Source of the DNA: a virus
Lineage: Duplodnaviria > Caudoviricetes
Strand: one strand, 5' to 3'
Length of the DNA stretch: 43,819 nucleotides
Virus record (IMG/VR): IMGVR_UViG_3300007643_000003
Coordinates: 1 to 43,819 of that record
Part shown: positions 1-8,446 of the stretch, piece after piece
Position numbering within the stretch: the first letter of the stretch is position 1
Layout: every line of letters begins with the position of its first letter
The notes under the pieces: generated by a model
Databases searched by the model: none
Seen by the model: only the letters and a program-made list of their open reading frames with translations
Told to the model about the DNA's origin: nothing
Translations under genes and position numbers: made by a program

Positions 1-17
1 GCCGTTCAGTAGTAAGG

Positions 18-93
18 GGGGCGTTAGCTCAGTTGGTAGAGCATCTGACTTTTAATCAGGTGGTCGCTGGTTCGAACCCAGCACGCCCCACCA
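18..93 (+). tRNA. tRNA-Lys (anticodon UUU), prophage integration target
   Basis: 76-nt cloverleaf GGGGCGT...ACGCCCC-A-CCA, D arm AGCTCAGTTGGTAGAGC, anticodon loop CTTTTAA, T loop GGTTCGAACCC. Confidence 0.98.
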
Positions 94-99
94 TTGAAA
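49..99 (+). repeat. attL core (3' part of tRNA-Lys from the anticodon loop)
   Basis: CTTTTAATCAGG...CACCATTGAAA is identical to 43721..43771. Confidence 0.97.
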
Positions 100-141
100 A
101 CAGTCACTTGCGACGATAGCCAGGTGCAACAACCTACCAAG

Positions 142-160
142 CTAGACAACGGCCTAGACA
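142..160 (+). promoter_or_regulatory. Putative integrase arm-type binding sites (left)
   Basis: CTAGACAACGGC followed by CTAGACA; the same motif recurs at 43617..43628 and 43670..43679 next to attR. Confidence 0.7.
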
Positions 161-264
161 TTGGATTCAATTTCAGCGCCCTCCAGCAATTTTATCCATG
201 CACAACTAATAAAGTCGCCTAAGATGTACACTAAGTCATAGGTGCAATAACAAGAACGTCGAAA

Positions 265-762
265 GTGACTAATTACAAGACAAAAGCAGCGACGAAGGAA
301 GACGTTTCTCAGATTCTCGAAGATTGGAAAGGTAAGCTCAAAAGTGATCAATATATGACGCTTGAGATGGAGCTTGCGTTGGAGCGACCACTTTTTATCT
401 GTAAGGACATCGGTTCTGAGCACGTGATGGCGGTGTTTGATATTTTGTCGACAGGTACCCATAATAAGAATATGAGGGTTTTCTTTAGTCCTGATTTTGC
501 AAGTCATGATGGCCTAACCTCAGTTGAAGTGGATACATTGACAGCGCTACTCATTTCGATGCTGTTGGATATGTTAGCAATGTCGGAACTTGACGACGTA
601 AGGTTGTTAAAAATCCACTCGTCGGACCGACTTTTGCTTTCAGCATTCCGAGGCTTCGCAACTTATCTTGCTGGAAATGGTCATTGCCGAGTGAAGAGTT
701 ATTCAAATTGGATCGAAATCGACGAATTGAATCTGTTTTGCGAATCTGTGATACCCGCTTAG
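265..762 (+). CDS. Hypothetical cargo (moron) protein
   Basis: 165-aa ORF between attL and the integrase, oriented opposite to the integrase. Confidence 0.75.
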   Translation: MTNYKTKAATKEDVSQILEDWKGKLKSDQYMTLEMELALERPLFICKDIGSEHVMAVFDILSTGTHNKNMRVFFSPDFASHDGLTSVEVDTLTALLISMLLDMLAMSELDDVRLLKIHSSDRLLLSAFRGFATYLAGNGHCRVKSYSNWIEIDELNLFCESVIPA

Positions 763-766
763 CCGT

Positions 767-979
767 ATGAGAGAAATGGAGAGAGATATGGACAAGAAGT
801 GTCAGGACCAACTCGACAGGATTGCTGTTGAAGCGTTTCCCGCTGTATCCGAGGCTATTGCAATGGCAGTGTTGGAGGAGGGGCTTATCATCACTGATAG
901 TGATTCTCTGAAGTACACAGCAGCGTATACAGGTGACTTCTGGACACAGGAACTGCAGGCTCAATCTAAAGCAGCTTAG
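767..979 (+). CDS. Small acidic hypothetical cargo protein
   Basis: 70-aa ORF 4 nt after the previous gene; the start may be a later ATG. Confidence 0.65.
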   Translation: MREMERDMDKKCQDQLDRIAVEAFPAVSEAIAMAVLEEGLIITDSDSLKYTAAYTGDFWTQELQAQSKAA

Positions 980-993
980 CAGAGCTTCTCTAG

Positions 994-2013
994 TCACTTG
1001 GTCGGCTTGGCTCTTAGCTTAGAAACATCGTAGGTACGACTCATACCTGGCGTGTTGCCAGTGGACACTGTGGCATCCTCATCACTGTCTGTAGCACCTT
1101 TGCGCTTTAGATCGTGCAGGGTAAATCGAGTGATAGCAGTCTCAGCAACACAGGCTCGCATCCGCCGCTGCCACATAGTATTGAACGATGACACTCTGAT
1201 CGGTTTTGCATTGTGGGTGACCAGGTACTTGCTGAATCGACTGGCCTCGTCCGGTGCACAGGCATCAATAGCCGCTCGCAACCTGTCAGACCATCCGGTA
1301 ATAGCATCACGGCTACCTTTGCGCCTGAGCGTGTCAAAGCCCTCTGGCAGCACTTGAGACTTGAGCGCTGTCAGTACCTCAACTTTACGCATACGACACA
1401 GGTACGCAATCTCAGAGACGATCCACAGGTAATCCGGCCCATGTTCCCGGCAGTAGGCAATCCAGGTGTCGTAATCTGCGTCATTTGCATAATGCTGTCG
1501 ACGTGTTTCAGATCGCTTCTCAACCAGGGGGCAGGGGTTTGGCGCGGTAGTCAGGTCGCGAGCTTGTGCCCACTTCCACGCTGAGCTGATCAGCGACAAT
1601 TCGCGGTTTGCAGATTTCGGTGCGCCGTCTTTTTCTCTCACATCCATGTACTTGGTCAGCACACCTGGTGTGATCGTCGACAGGCGAGCATCACCGAAAG
1701 TCTTCCCCGGACCACGCTCATACCCTGTGATGACACCGATCTGCCGGCGCTGTTCCTTCTGCGTTGTTTCAGCCTTGGTCTTGAATTTTGCACTTTCCTT
1801 GTAGGTATCGAGCAACCATTTCAGAGTGCCATTGATATCAGTGGACTGCAGTCGTTCGTACGCTCGCCACAGCGCTGACATGGTAGCTGTGAGCGGAGCA
1901 ATGGTGCGCGTAGGTCGGGCAACCCCCTTACCCAGGTAGGGCTTCCACACATACCCGTGAGCTGCTCGGTACACGTACGGTGGCAGCTTACTATCCTGTC
2001 TTTTTCTGGACAA
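994..2013 (-). CDS. int: Tyrosine recombinase (phage integrase)
   Basis: LPPYVY arm-binding N-terminus, R in LCRMRKVEV, K in RKGSR, HDLKRKG, terminal Y in RTYD; TTG start with GGAGGAG RBS (the ORF track starts at 2040). Confidence 0.93.
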   Translation of the reverse strand: MSRKRQDSKLPPYVYRAAHGYVWKPYLGKGVARPTRTIAPLTATMSALWRAYERLQSTDINGTLKWLLDTYKESAKFKTKAETTQKEQRRQIGVITGYERGPGKTFGDARLSTITPGVLTKYMDVREKDGAPKSANRELSLISSAWKWAQARDLTTAPNPCPLVEKRSETRRQHYANDADYDTWIAYCREHGPDYLWIVSEIAYLCRMRKVEVLTALKSQVLPEGFDTLRRKGSRDAITGWSDRLRAAIDACAPDEASRFSKYLVTHNAKPIRVSSFNTMWQRRMRACVAETAITRFTLHDLKRKGATDSDEDATVSTGNTPGMSRTYDVSKLRAKPTK

Positions 2014-2200
2014 AATCAAACTCCTCCCTGGCTGACTCACTGGTACACAGCACGTCGTTTATGGCCTCATCGGTGGTGGCGGGTCGCTTGTCGATCCCAA
2101 TGATGTAGGCGATCCCGTGCTTACGCAGTATTCGCTCAACATCCGCATCACGCGATGCGTTTAACCATGACTTTAGTTCATCGGCATTGCGCAGGCTCAT
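1991..2200 (-). CDS. DUF4224-like excisionase/recombination directionality factor
   Basis: 69-aa winged-helix-like ORF (DELKSW...ILRKHGIAY...RP) overlapping the integrase start. Confidence 0.7.
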   Translation of the reverse strand: MSLRNADELKSWLNASRDADVERILRKHGIAYIIGIDKRPATTDEAINDVLCTSESAREEFDFVQKKTG

Positions 2201-2487
2201 TGCTTCATTCCTGCCTGTGGGTACTCCAGTAGAGCCGGTACAACATCCTTTGGATCTATTTTCTGAGTGGCAGGATGCTCAGCAGTAAATTCCCACGGCA
2301 TATGTGGGCTGTAATCAGGACGGTCCAGCACAATGGCGACACAGAAAACAGAATCTTCGTGTCGGCAGTTAGCGTTGTATTCAAGCGTGAGCCTGTTCTG
2401 ATCATTTGCCATTGCCCAGGCATCAGATTCTGACATTGGGCCGTGAAGATCATCCATGTTGCTGATGTAGACGTATTTATCGCTCAT
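2197..2487 (-). CDS. Hypothetical early-left phage protein
   Basis: ATGA-coupled chain of ORFs. Confidence 0.7.
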   Translation of the reverse strand: MSDKYVYISNMDDLHGPMSESDAWAMANDQNRLTLEYNANCRHEDSVFCVAIVLDRPDYSPHMPWEFTAEHPATQKIDPKDVVPALLEYPQAGMKQ

Positions 2488-2732
2488 TGCCCTTGCTCCT
2501 GTAGCAGATCCAGCTGGTCGGCATTATCAAACAAGTGCCGTGGGTGCGCCCCTATAAGTGTTTGGGCTGCATCAAGGTACGACTCAAGCCACTGCAGAAA
2601 CGCATCCCGGGTAGCGGGCATAACGTTGCAATGGAACCCCCCATCCTGGTAGTACTCTGCGGCGTTGAGCTGCTCAGAGGCTGTAGCGACCCCGTCAATG
2701 CAGGCTTTTGCTTCATTGTCGAATAGCATCAT
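2484..2732 (-). CDS. Hypothetical early-left phage protein
   Basis: 4-nt overlaps with both neighbours. Confidence 0.7.
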   Translation of the reverse strand: MMLFDNEAKACIDGVATASEQLNAAEYYQDGGFHCNVMPATRDAFLQWLESYLDAAQTLIGAHPRHLFDNADQLDLLQEQGQ

Positions 2733-3055
2733 GTCACCTTCTCTGGGGTTGGGGGAGTCATCACAGGCACACCCTCACCCTTGTCGTGCAATTCTTCGAG
2801 CTTCCAGCGAGGCACCCAGGCAATGCAGCAGACCTGCTCGAGCAATGCTGAGCGCCCTGCCTCGTCAAAAGCGTTGGCTTTTTGGGCAGCCAGCTCGATA
2901 ACGCCGCCCTCAACGGGCTGAATCAGACAAATTGATTGAGGGACCATAAACGTTCGTGAGGTTTCGACTGAGCGGAATATCACCGCGCCATCGGTCCATC
3001 TATAGACATCGGCAAGCACAGGATCAAGTACCTTGCTGCGAGCACGGCTAGTCAT
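2729..3055 (-). CDS. Hypothetical early-left phage protein
   Basis: Overlapping-gene chain on the - strand. Confidence 0.7.
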   Translation of the reverse strand: MTSRARSKVLDPVLADVYRWTDGAVIFRSVETSRTFMVPQSICLIQPVEGGVIELAAQKANAFDEAGRSALLEQVCCIAWVPRWKLEELHDKGEGVPVMTPPTPEKVT

Positions 3056-3248
3056 GACAGGGGCCCGCTACCTGATCGAGCACACGTTGCGCTTTTGCTA
3101 TGAGCTCAGGCCCTGGGGATTCGATGATGTCACGAGCAAGGTCACGCAATTGCGCATCACGAAGCGCAAGTACGGCCTCTGTGAGTTTCAATTGATCATC
3201 GGCGCGTGTAAATCTATCGGCATGGATAGGTGTGACGGATGCACTCAT
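3048..3248 (-). CDS. Hypothetical early-left phage protein
   Basis: ATGA overlap with csrA. Confidence 0.7.
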   Translation of the reverse strand: MSASVTPIHADRFTRADDQLKLTEAVLALRDAQLRDLARDIIESPGPELIAKAQRVLDQVAGPCHD

Positions 3249-3487
3249 GAGATCACCTGCGCTTTGCGATCATTCCAGGCAGCATCAATTTCCGATCTCT
3301 TTGGATCAGCCGGATTAGGCTCCTGACCTTCCTGAATACGCTGATACACCTCTTCACGATGTACTGAGACGTCGGAAGGCGCTTTGATACCAAGCTGCAC
3401 CTGCTTGCCTTTGATCCCGAGAACAGTGACTGTAACGTCGTCACCAATACGAATGGATTCATCAGCTCTGCGAGACAGTATGAGCAT
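3245..3487 (-). CDS. csrA: Phage-encoded carbon storage regulator CsrA/RsmA homolog
   Basis: [51 protein letters not shown]; TGATG coupling with the upstream gene. Confidence 0.95.
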   Translation of the reverse strand: MLILSRRADESIRIGDDVTVTVLGIKGKQVQLGIKAPSDVSVHREEVYQRIQEGQEPNPADPKRSEIDAAWNDRKAQVIS

Positions 3488-3699
3488 CAGACCCACCCCG
3501 CCATGTCAGCTGTGGCATAGGCCAGCAGGGCGATACCAAAGGCATAGAGAGCCACCCCCAGCCAACGGCCTGAGTAAGGGTCAGTACCGTCCTCTATGTC
3601 GGCCAGGTACTCCTGATCGGTCTTGGGGAGGTACTTGCGGGCTTCATCTCGAAGGTGCTCAAGCCCTTGTACATCGGTATCTGGAATGTTTGGCTGCAT
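3487..3699 (-). CDS. Small membrane protein, first gene of the leftward operon
   Basis: GGAG RBS plus ATG (MQPNIPD), C-terminal hydrophobic helix. Confidence 0.7.
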   Translation of the reverse strand: MQPNIPDTDVQGLEHLRDEARKYLPKTDQEYLADIEDGTDPYSGRWLGVALYAFGIALLAYATADMAGWV

Positions 3700-3734
3700 T
3701 GTCTGCTCCGTGTTCGTGTTTGAACGGCAAACAA

Positions 3735-3796
3735 ACACTAAGCAAACTTAGCACCAATGTCAAGCATGCTTAGCAGATAATGCTAACTTAACTTAG
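3735..3796 (-). promoter_or_regulatory. PL-like promoter with three OL operators
   Basis: -35 TTGACA (3763..3758), 17 bp, -10 TAGTGT (3740..3735); near-palindromes CTAAGCAAACTTAG (3738), TCAAGCATGCTTAG (3760), CTAACTTAACTTAG (3783). Confidence 0.85.
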
Positions 3797-3908
3797 TACC
3801 TGTGTGGGGATGGACATGCCCAACCTAACGAGGTTTAATACTTATCCGGCACAGCCGCACTCAAACGGGGTTCTGCGCCCAGCCTCAACCAAACAAGGAG
3901 CTGCTCAA

Positions 3909-4496
3909 GTGAAATTATTCATCAAATTTATTCCACTTCTATTTGCATTGGTTGGGTGTACGACCGCTCAAATCGAAGCAATGGACAATGCAGCAGGCAT
4001 GGGCACACTCACAAGTGAGAGGGATGCATTCGATGGCGCGCAACGAATTCGGCTATCACCCGCGAACGTAGCCAAACCACCCGGAGGTAGCGGTTTAGCA
4101 TGGACTGCGGGATTTACTGTGGGTGCGCAGTGGCGCGAAAATGACCCTGAAGTGATTTCTCTAATCTTGCAAATTGAAGACGATATCGAAGGAATCAGAG
4201 GGGTTGGTGTCAATGTCCGCGGTGGAATTACCAATTACGAGACTATTGGACTTACAGACATAGATACCAATTCAGATAAAAAATGGGTTGGGCCTGTTAG
4301 CACTGCTTACGCGTCAATTCCTATTGATAAGTTCATACATATGATCAACTCAGAAAACGTGATGCTGCGCCTATATACCTTAAATGGCTACGTTGATGCA
4401 GAATTTAGCAAGCTTCAAGGAAGAGGTGGAGCACTGACAGCACGCCACTATCTACAGAACAGTTTTTTGCCGGAATTGATGAGTGCGGGAAAATGA
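3909..4496 (+). CDS. Lipoprotein in the immunity region (possible superinfection exclusion)
   Basis: AAGGAG RBS plus GTG, signal peptide with lipobox LVGC; convergent with cI. Confidence 0.8.
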   Translation: MKLFIKFIPLLFALVGCTTAQIEAMDNAAGMGTLTSERDAFDGAQRIRLSPANVAKPPGGSGLAWTAGFTVGAQWRENDPEVISLILQIEDDIEGIRGVGVNVRGGITNYETIGLTDIDTNSDKKWVGPVSTAYASIPIDKFIHMINSENVMLRLYTLNGYVDAEFSKLQGRGGALTARHYLQNSFLPELMSAGK

Positions 4497-4522
4497 TTTC
4501 AGACATATATTGCAGCATATTG

Positions 4523-5212
4523 CTATTTTACTGGCATGGTGATGCCGCCATAAATATATTCTCCGAGTATATCTAAGGAACTGATCTGGGGGCCTGCTAT
4601 AAGCTCTTCTGCGTGATTATAAGCAGGGTTTCTGCATGCCAGCTTCAAGTCTCCATTAGACTGAATTGAAAGCAGTCGAAGTGTGTAGGTGCCGCCAATT
4701 TTAACAGCATAAAGCGTATCGTTTTTCAATTGTTCGCCACGTCGACGCGCAATTACCCCGTAGTCGTATTGCAGTATACGAGGCCCTTGCGAGTCGTCAG
4801 GTATCTCAATTGATACCACATCGTCAGCGGACAGGCCGCGCTTGTTGAGTTCCTTTACAGGTATTGTCATGCCTCGCGCCTCAACGCTGACTTCACCCGA
4901 CCAGAGTTCGTAACTTTGAACATCGGTGTATCCCTTGTTGCGCTCGCCGACTTCGCCCGAGAAGGCGACTATATCACTGTGTGAATGATCAGTAGTGTTT
5001 GGCTTGTCCCTACCTTCAAGCCAATCAACGGACACTTTTAAACACTTAGCAAGATTCACAATGTTTTTGTGCTTCAGGTCCACCTTATCGCGCCCATTGT
5101 CGCTAAACCACTGCGCTACGGCTGCAGTCGACACACCCACTTCGCGCGCTACGTCGGCTTGTATCTTCCCAGATTGCTCCAGGGCTTTATATAAGCGGGC
5201 TTTAATAACCAT
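4523..5212 (-). CDS. cI: CI-like repressor (HTH + S24-like domain)
   Basis: QADVAREVGVSTAAVAQW helix-turn-helix, LKVSVDWL, C-terminal S24-like fold (DSQGP ... CRNPAY). Confidence 0.9.
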   Translation of the reverse strand: MVIKARLYKALEQSGKIQADVAREVGVSTAAVAQWFSDNGRDKVDLKHKNIVNLAKCLKVSVDWLEGRDKPNTTDHSHSDIVAFSGEVGERNKGYTDVQSYELWSGEVSVEARGMTIPVKELNKRGLSADDVVSIEIPDDSQGPRILQYDYGVIARRRGEQLKNDTLYAVKIGGTYTLRLLSIQSNGDLKLACRNPAYNHAEELIAGPQISSLDILGEYIYGGITMPVK

Positions 5213-5236
5213 GCGCTAATTGTCCTTGATATTTAA

Positions 5237-5275
5237 CTAAGCACACTTGACTGAAATGTTAAGTAGACTTAGTAT
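5237..5275 (+). promoter_or_regulatory. PR-like promoter with OR operators
   Basis: CTAAGCACACTTGA (5237) and TTAAGTAGACTTAG (5259), same consensus and 22-bp spacing as OL; -35 TTGACT (5247), 17 bp, -10 TAGTAT (5270). Confidence 0.85.
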
Positions 5276-5281
5276 TTAGGT

Positions 5282-5518
5282 ATGAGCGTGAAAAATCTGA
5301 TGATCAGAACCGAAACAGCGTTGGAATGTTTTGATGGTTCGGTAGCGAAGCTAGCGAAATACTTAGGAATACGCCCCGCTGCAATTTATCAATGGGGTGA
5401 TTGCGTTCCGACTGTGCGTGCTTACCAGTTACGCGAAGATTTCCCTCATTTGGCAGAACCTTACTCGACTGTGAAAACGATCCCTACAGCGGAGAACGGC
5501 GCTACCACTGAGATTTGA
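5282..5518 (+). CDS. cro: Cro-like repressor
   Basis: FDGSVAKLAKYLGIRPAAIYQWGDCVP..RAYQL, divergent from cI. Confidence 0.9.
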   Translation: MSVKNLMIRTETALECFDGSVAKLAKYLGIRPAAIYQWGDCVPTVRAYQLREDFPHLAEPYSTVKTIPTAENGATTEI

Positions 5519-5624
5519 ATACCAATTCTTTATAAGCAAGCCACTCCTAAGTGCAGTGGTTTCCATTTAACCCCAACCAACAGAAAAGCAGAGAGCAACA
5601 AAGGGAACTACAGGAGAAACATCG

Positions 5625-6068
5625 ATGAGTCGCGAGTTTTTAGAACATGGAACAACACAGTGGGTGCGCATGGATCAGGTCGAGCCTGAACTAGAGATGG
5701 CACCGCTTGAGCGTGTCGCGGAATTCGAAACGGAGCTGGACGCGATCAACTTCAGCGTTGATCAAGCAGTACGTACCCGTCGTGGGTGCACACACATGCA
5801 ACTGGCAGACGACATGAGGATTACACGGGCGGTGATGAGCAAAATGAGGCAAGGGCAGGTAGCGGTACCAGCGAGCAAGTTTCTGACGTTCATCCGCGTA
5901 ACGAGAAGCTATGCGTTGTTGCAGTTCTACGCGATGAATTTGGGGCTTGTCGTCAAGACGCGGCGGCAGGAGAACGCAGATGCTCGAAAGATCGCGCGCC
6001 TGGAGTCCCAGGTGGCTGAGCACGAAAGGATGTTGGGCCGTGTGCTGGGGCGTGACCGATCTGCATGA
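5625..6068 (+). CDS. CII-like HTH regulator
   Basis: HTH-like QLADDMRITRAVMSKM, C-terminal coiled coil, position after cro, AGGAG RBS. Confidence 0.65.
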   Translation: MSREFLEHGTTQWVRMDQVEPELEMAPLERVAEFETELDAINFSVDQAVRTRRGCTHMQLADDMRITRAVMSKMRQGQVAVPASKFLTFIRVTRSYALLQFYAMNLGLVVKTRRQENADARKIARLESQVAEHERMLGRVLGRDRSA

Positions 6069-6262
6069 GAGCCAAGACTCTGCGTTGTATTTCCACCAGG
6101 TGCCCCAGGCGTCAACACTGCGCAACGTATCGCAAGAGAGCCACACGCTGGTCTCGATCCATTGCCCTAGAGCCTGTGGGTGATGCCTGCAAGCAATTCG
6201 TGCAGATGGACAGCTACGCATCCCCGATATATCACCAACTCCGAGCAGGTAATCCCGTATGA
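6065..6262 (+). CDS. Small Cys-rich phage protein
   Basis: C-x4-C-x5-C...C pattern, ATGA-coupled on both sides. Confidence 0.6.
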   Translation: MRAKTLRCISTRCPRRQHCATYRKRATRWSRSIALEPVGDACKQFVQMDSYASPIYHQLRAGNPV

Positions 6263-6675
6263 CAGTTGAAGTAATCGAGCAGAAAACCACTTACAAGGTG
6301 GATCACTTGGAAGGATTCCAAACCACCGACAAGCAGCACGCTCAAGCGGTTGACATGGTTTACCACCCTAGTGTGGTTCAAGCGATGCGAGACCGACTTA
6401 AAGAGACGGGCCGCTATACCACTGACTCACGACTAGAGGGGTCATTGGCGCGTCAACAAGAGGATTCAGTGTGGTTACTAACAAAGCACTTCAAAGCGAC
6501 GCCGCTGGATCATTTTGGCATGGATAACCAGTTTAATGCCATGGCACCGTCAACAGGAGTGCAGGAGAGGCCACCCAGGGCACTGCCAGTTGTATCGGTA
6601 CCCACTCCATTGGACATTGATCAAAAGTTGCCTGAGAACGAACCTGAGACGGACACCGTGGGTGCAACCGCATAG
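6259..6675 (+). CDS. Hypothetical phage protein
   Basis: 138-aa coupled ORF. Confidence 0.7.
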   Translation: MTVEVIEQKTTYKVDHLEGFQTTDKQHAQAVDMVYHPSVVQAMRDRLKETGRYTTDSRLEGSLARQQEDSVWLLTKHFKATPLDHFGMDNQFNAMAPSTGVQERPPRALPVVSVPTPLDIDQKLPENEPETDTVGATA

Positions 6676-6682
6676 CAGACAC

Positions 6683-6768
6683 AAAAAAGGCCGATACGTG
6701 CGCAAACACGTCCGGCCTCACTTCAACCACCTTCAACGTGCAAGAGGAAAGTAGTCATGAATAACTGT
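6683..6768 (-). ncRNA. oop-like antisense small RNA
   Basis: Extended -10 TGG-TATAAT at 6783..6775 (- strand) and GC-rich hairpin 6688..6718 followed by a U tract on the - strand. Confidence 0.6.
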
Positions 6769-6797
6769 AGACGAATTATACCAACAATACTCAGCTG

Positions 6798-7658
6798 GTG
6801 GCCACTATCAAAAAGATCAAGGCGCAGGTTTCCGTGAGTGGCTGGCTCAAACTGCACAGGCAGCTGCAGGATAATCCGCTGTGGCTCTCAGAGCCGTTCT
6901 CGCGCGGCCAAGCATGGGTGGACCTCATGATGCTGGCTAACTACAGAGATGGCTATATACGCGTGCGCGGACGGCGGGTTGATGTACAGGCGGGTTGCGT
7001 TGCAAGGTCTCAAAACACGTTGGCAACGCGCTGGCAGTGGTCGCGAGGAAAAGTGATTCGATTCCTTAAAGAATTGGAATCTGACGGACAGATAACACAG
7101 GAAACGAGTCACGACTTTAACGTTATAACTATATGTAACTACAAAGAATATCAAGACGACAGTACACGAGACGAGTCACGAGACGGTACACGGAACAGGT
7201 CACGAGGCAGTACACGAGACGGACCAGTGACGGTACACGAGACGGTACACATAAAAGAACAACAACAAGGGAAAGAAGAACAAGAAGAAAAAGAAACACC
7301 CCCATCGGCTGAAGCCATGGGAGGGGAGCTGGTTGACGATGTGGTGATTAGTTTCCCAGCCAAAGGCGGTGGCACCTCCGACATCACGACGCAGCTGATG
7401 GAGCGCTATCGCGAGAACTACCCCAACCTGGACGTGATGGCGCAGCTGCGATCAATGCGTCAGCACTTGGAGGACAATCCGCACAAGCGTCAACCGGAAT
7501 GGGGCTACAAAACGTTCATCAGCAACTGGCTGAACAATCGAGTGGGTGATATGGGTAGGGCTTCCCAAGAGATCAACACTCATGGCAATTTCACCCCTGA
7601 GCGTTACGCGATCGACGACACGGCGAGAAAGTTCACCATCGCAGGCGGTGGCCTATGA
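6798..7658 (+). CDS. Phage replication initiation protein (O-like)
   Basis: GWLKLHRQL...AWVDLMMLAN...ITICNYKEYQ N-terminal domain, internal iterons, upstream of a DnaC-like gene. Confidence 0.88.
   Translation: MATIKKIKAQVSVSGWLKLHRQLQDNPLWLSEPFSRGQAWVDLMMLANYRDGYIRVRGRRVDVQAGCVARSQNTLATRWQWSRGKVIRFLKELESDGQITQETSHDFNVITICNYKEYQDDSTRDESRDGTRNRSRGSTRDGPVTVHETVHIKEQQQGKEEQEEKETPPSAEAMGGELVDDVVISFPAKGGGTSDITTQLMERYRENYPNLDVMAQLRSMRQHLEDNPHKRQPEWGYKTFISNWLNNRVGDMGRASQEINTHGNFTPERYAIDDTARKFTIAGGGL
7161..7250 (+). repeat. Replication origin iterons
   Basis: About 7 tandem ~12-bp units (GTACACGAGACG-like) followed by an A-rich tract. Confidence 0.85.
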
Positions 7659-8446
7659 ACGCAGATACGAACGTCACCGCACTGACATCGTCGACCAATG
7701 CGCGGTTTATTGAAAAGGAGGGGCATTGCGACATCCATGGCGGCTACACGGCCACTGTTTTGGTTGATGGGCCTGTGGAATGCGCGACCTGTATGGCGTT
7801 GAAGATTCGAGCAGAGCGTGAGGCTGAGTGCGAACGTATAGCCTACGAAGCCCAGGGCAAACAACGTCGTGCTCGAGTCGATCGAACCAACATACCCAAG
7901 CGCATGATGGACAAGCGCTGGGCAGACTACCAACCGGCAAATAACCGAGCGGCAGACTATCTGCAAATATGCCGGGACTACGCAACGAACTGGCAGCAAA
8001 CCAGTGCCCAGGGCGCAAACCTGATCATGACCGGTAGCACCGGTAACGGTAAAACACACCTGGCATCAGTGCTGTGCAAACAGATAGCCGCTGAGAACGC
8101 CGTCCAGCCGCTGTACACGACGGTAAGCGCCATGCTGCGATACATACGGGCTAGCTTCCGAAAGAGCTGTGAGTACGACGAGAGCGCCGCAATGCAGCGT
8201 TATTGCACTGCAGACTTGCTCGTGATCGACGAGGTTGGCGTGAAGTTGTCGAGCGAGTACGACAAATCAACCTTGTTCGAATTGATCGACATTAGATATC
8301 AGGAATCACTGCCCACGATAGTGATCAGTAATCTATCCATTGGTGAGATTGAGGAACACATCGATGCAAGGTTGGTTGATCGGTTGAGTGAAAACGGCAC
8401 GCTGATGGTCTTCGATTGGGAGTCGCATCGAGGTGCGAAAAAATGA
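7655..8446 (+). CDS. DnaC/IstB-like helicase loader ATPase
   Basis: CDIHG...CATC zinc site, Walker A GSTGNGKT, Walker B LLVIDEVG, PTIVISN, RLVDRL. Confidence 0.93.
   Translation: MNADTNVTALTSSTNARFIEKEGHCDIHGGYTATVLVDGPVECATCMALKIRAEREAECERIAYEAQGKQRRARVDRTNIPKRMMDKRWADYQPANNRAADYLQICRDYATNWQQTSAQGANLIMTGSTGNGKTHLASVLCKQIAAENAVQPLYTTVSAMLRYIRASFRKSCEYDESAAMQRYCTADLLVIDEVGVKLSSEYDKSTLFELIDIRYQESLPTIVISNLSIGEIEEHIDARLVDRLSENGTLMVFDWESHRGAKK

Noticed and set aside
966-979. CTAAAGCAGCTTAG as an extra CI operator
   Set aside because: Imperfect match, single copy, at convergent gene ends with no promoter to control
5691-6290. Long antisense ORFs (e.g. 5691..6290, 17375..17992, 27076..27831)
   Set aside because: Shadow frames opposite well-supported genes, with no motifs or RBS
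7161-7250. Tandem ~12-bp repeats as a CRISPR-like or guide array
   Set aside because: No spacers, in frame within the initiator gene and next to an A-rich tract, so these are ordinary origin iterons
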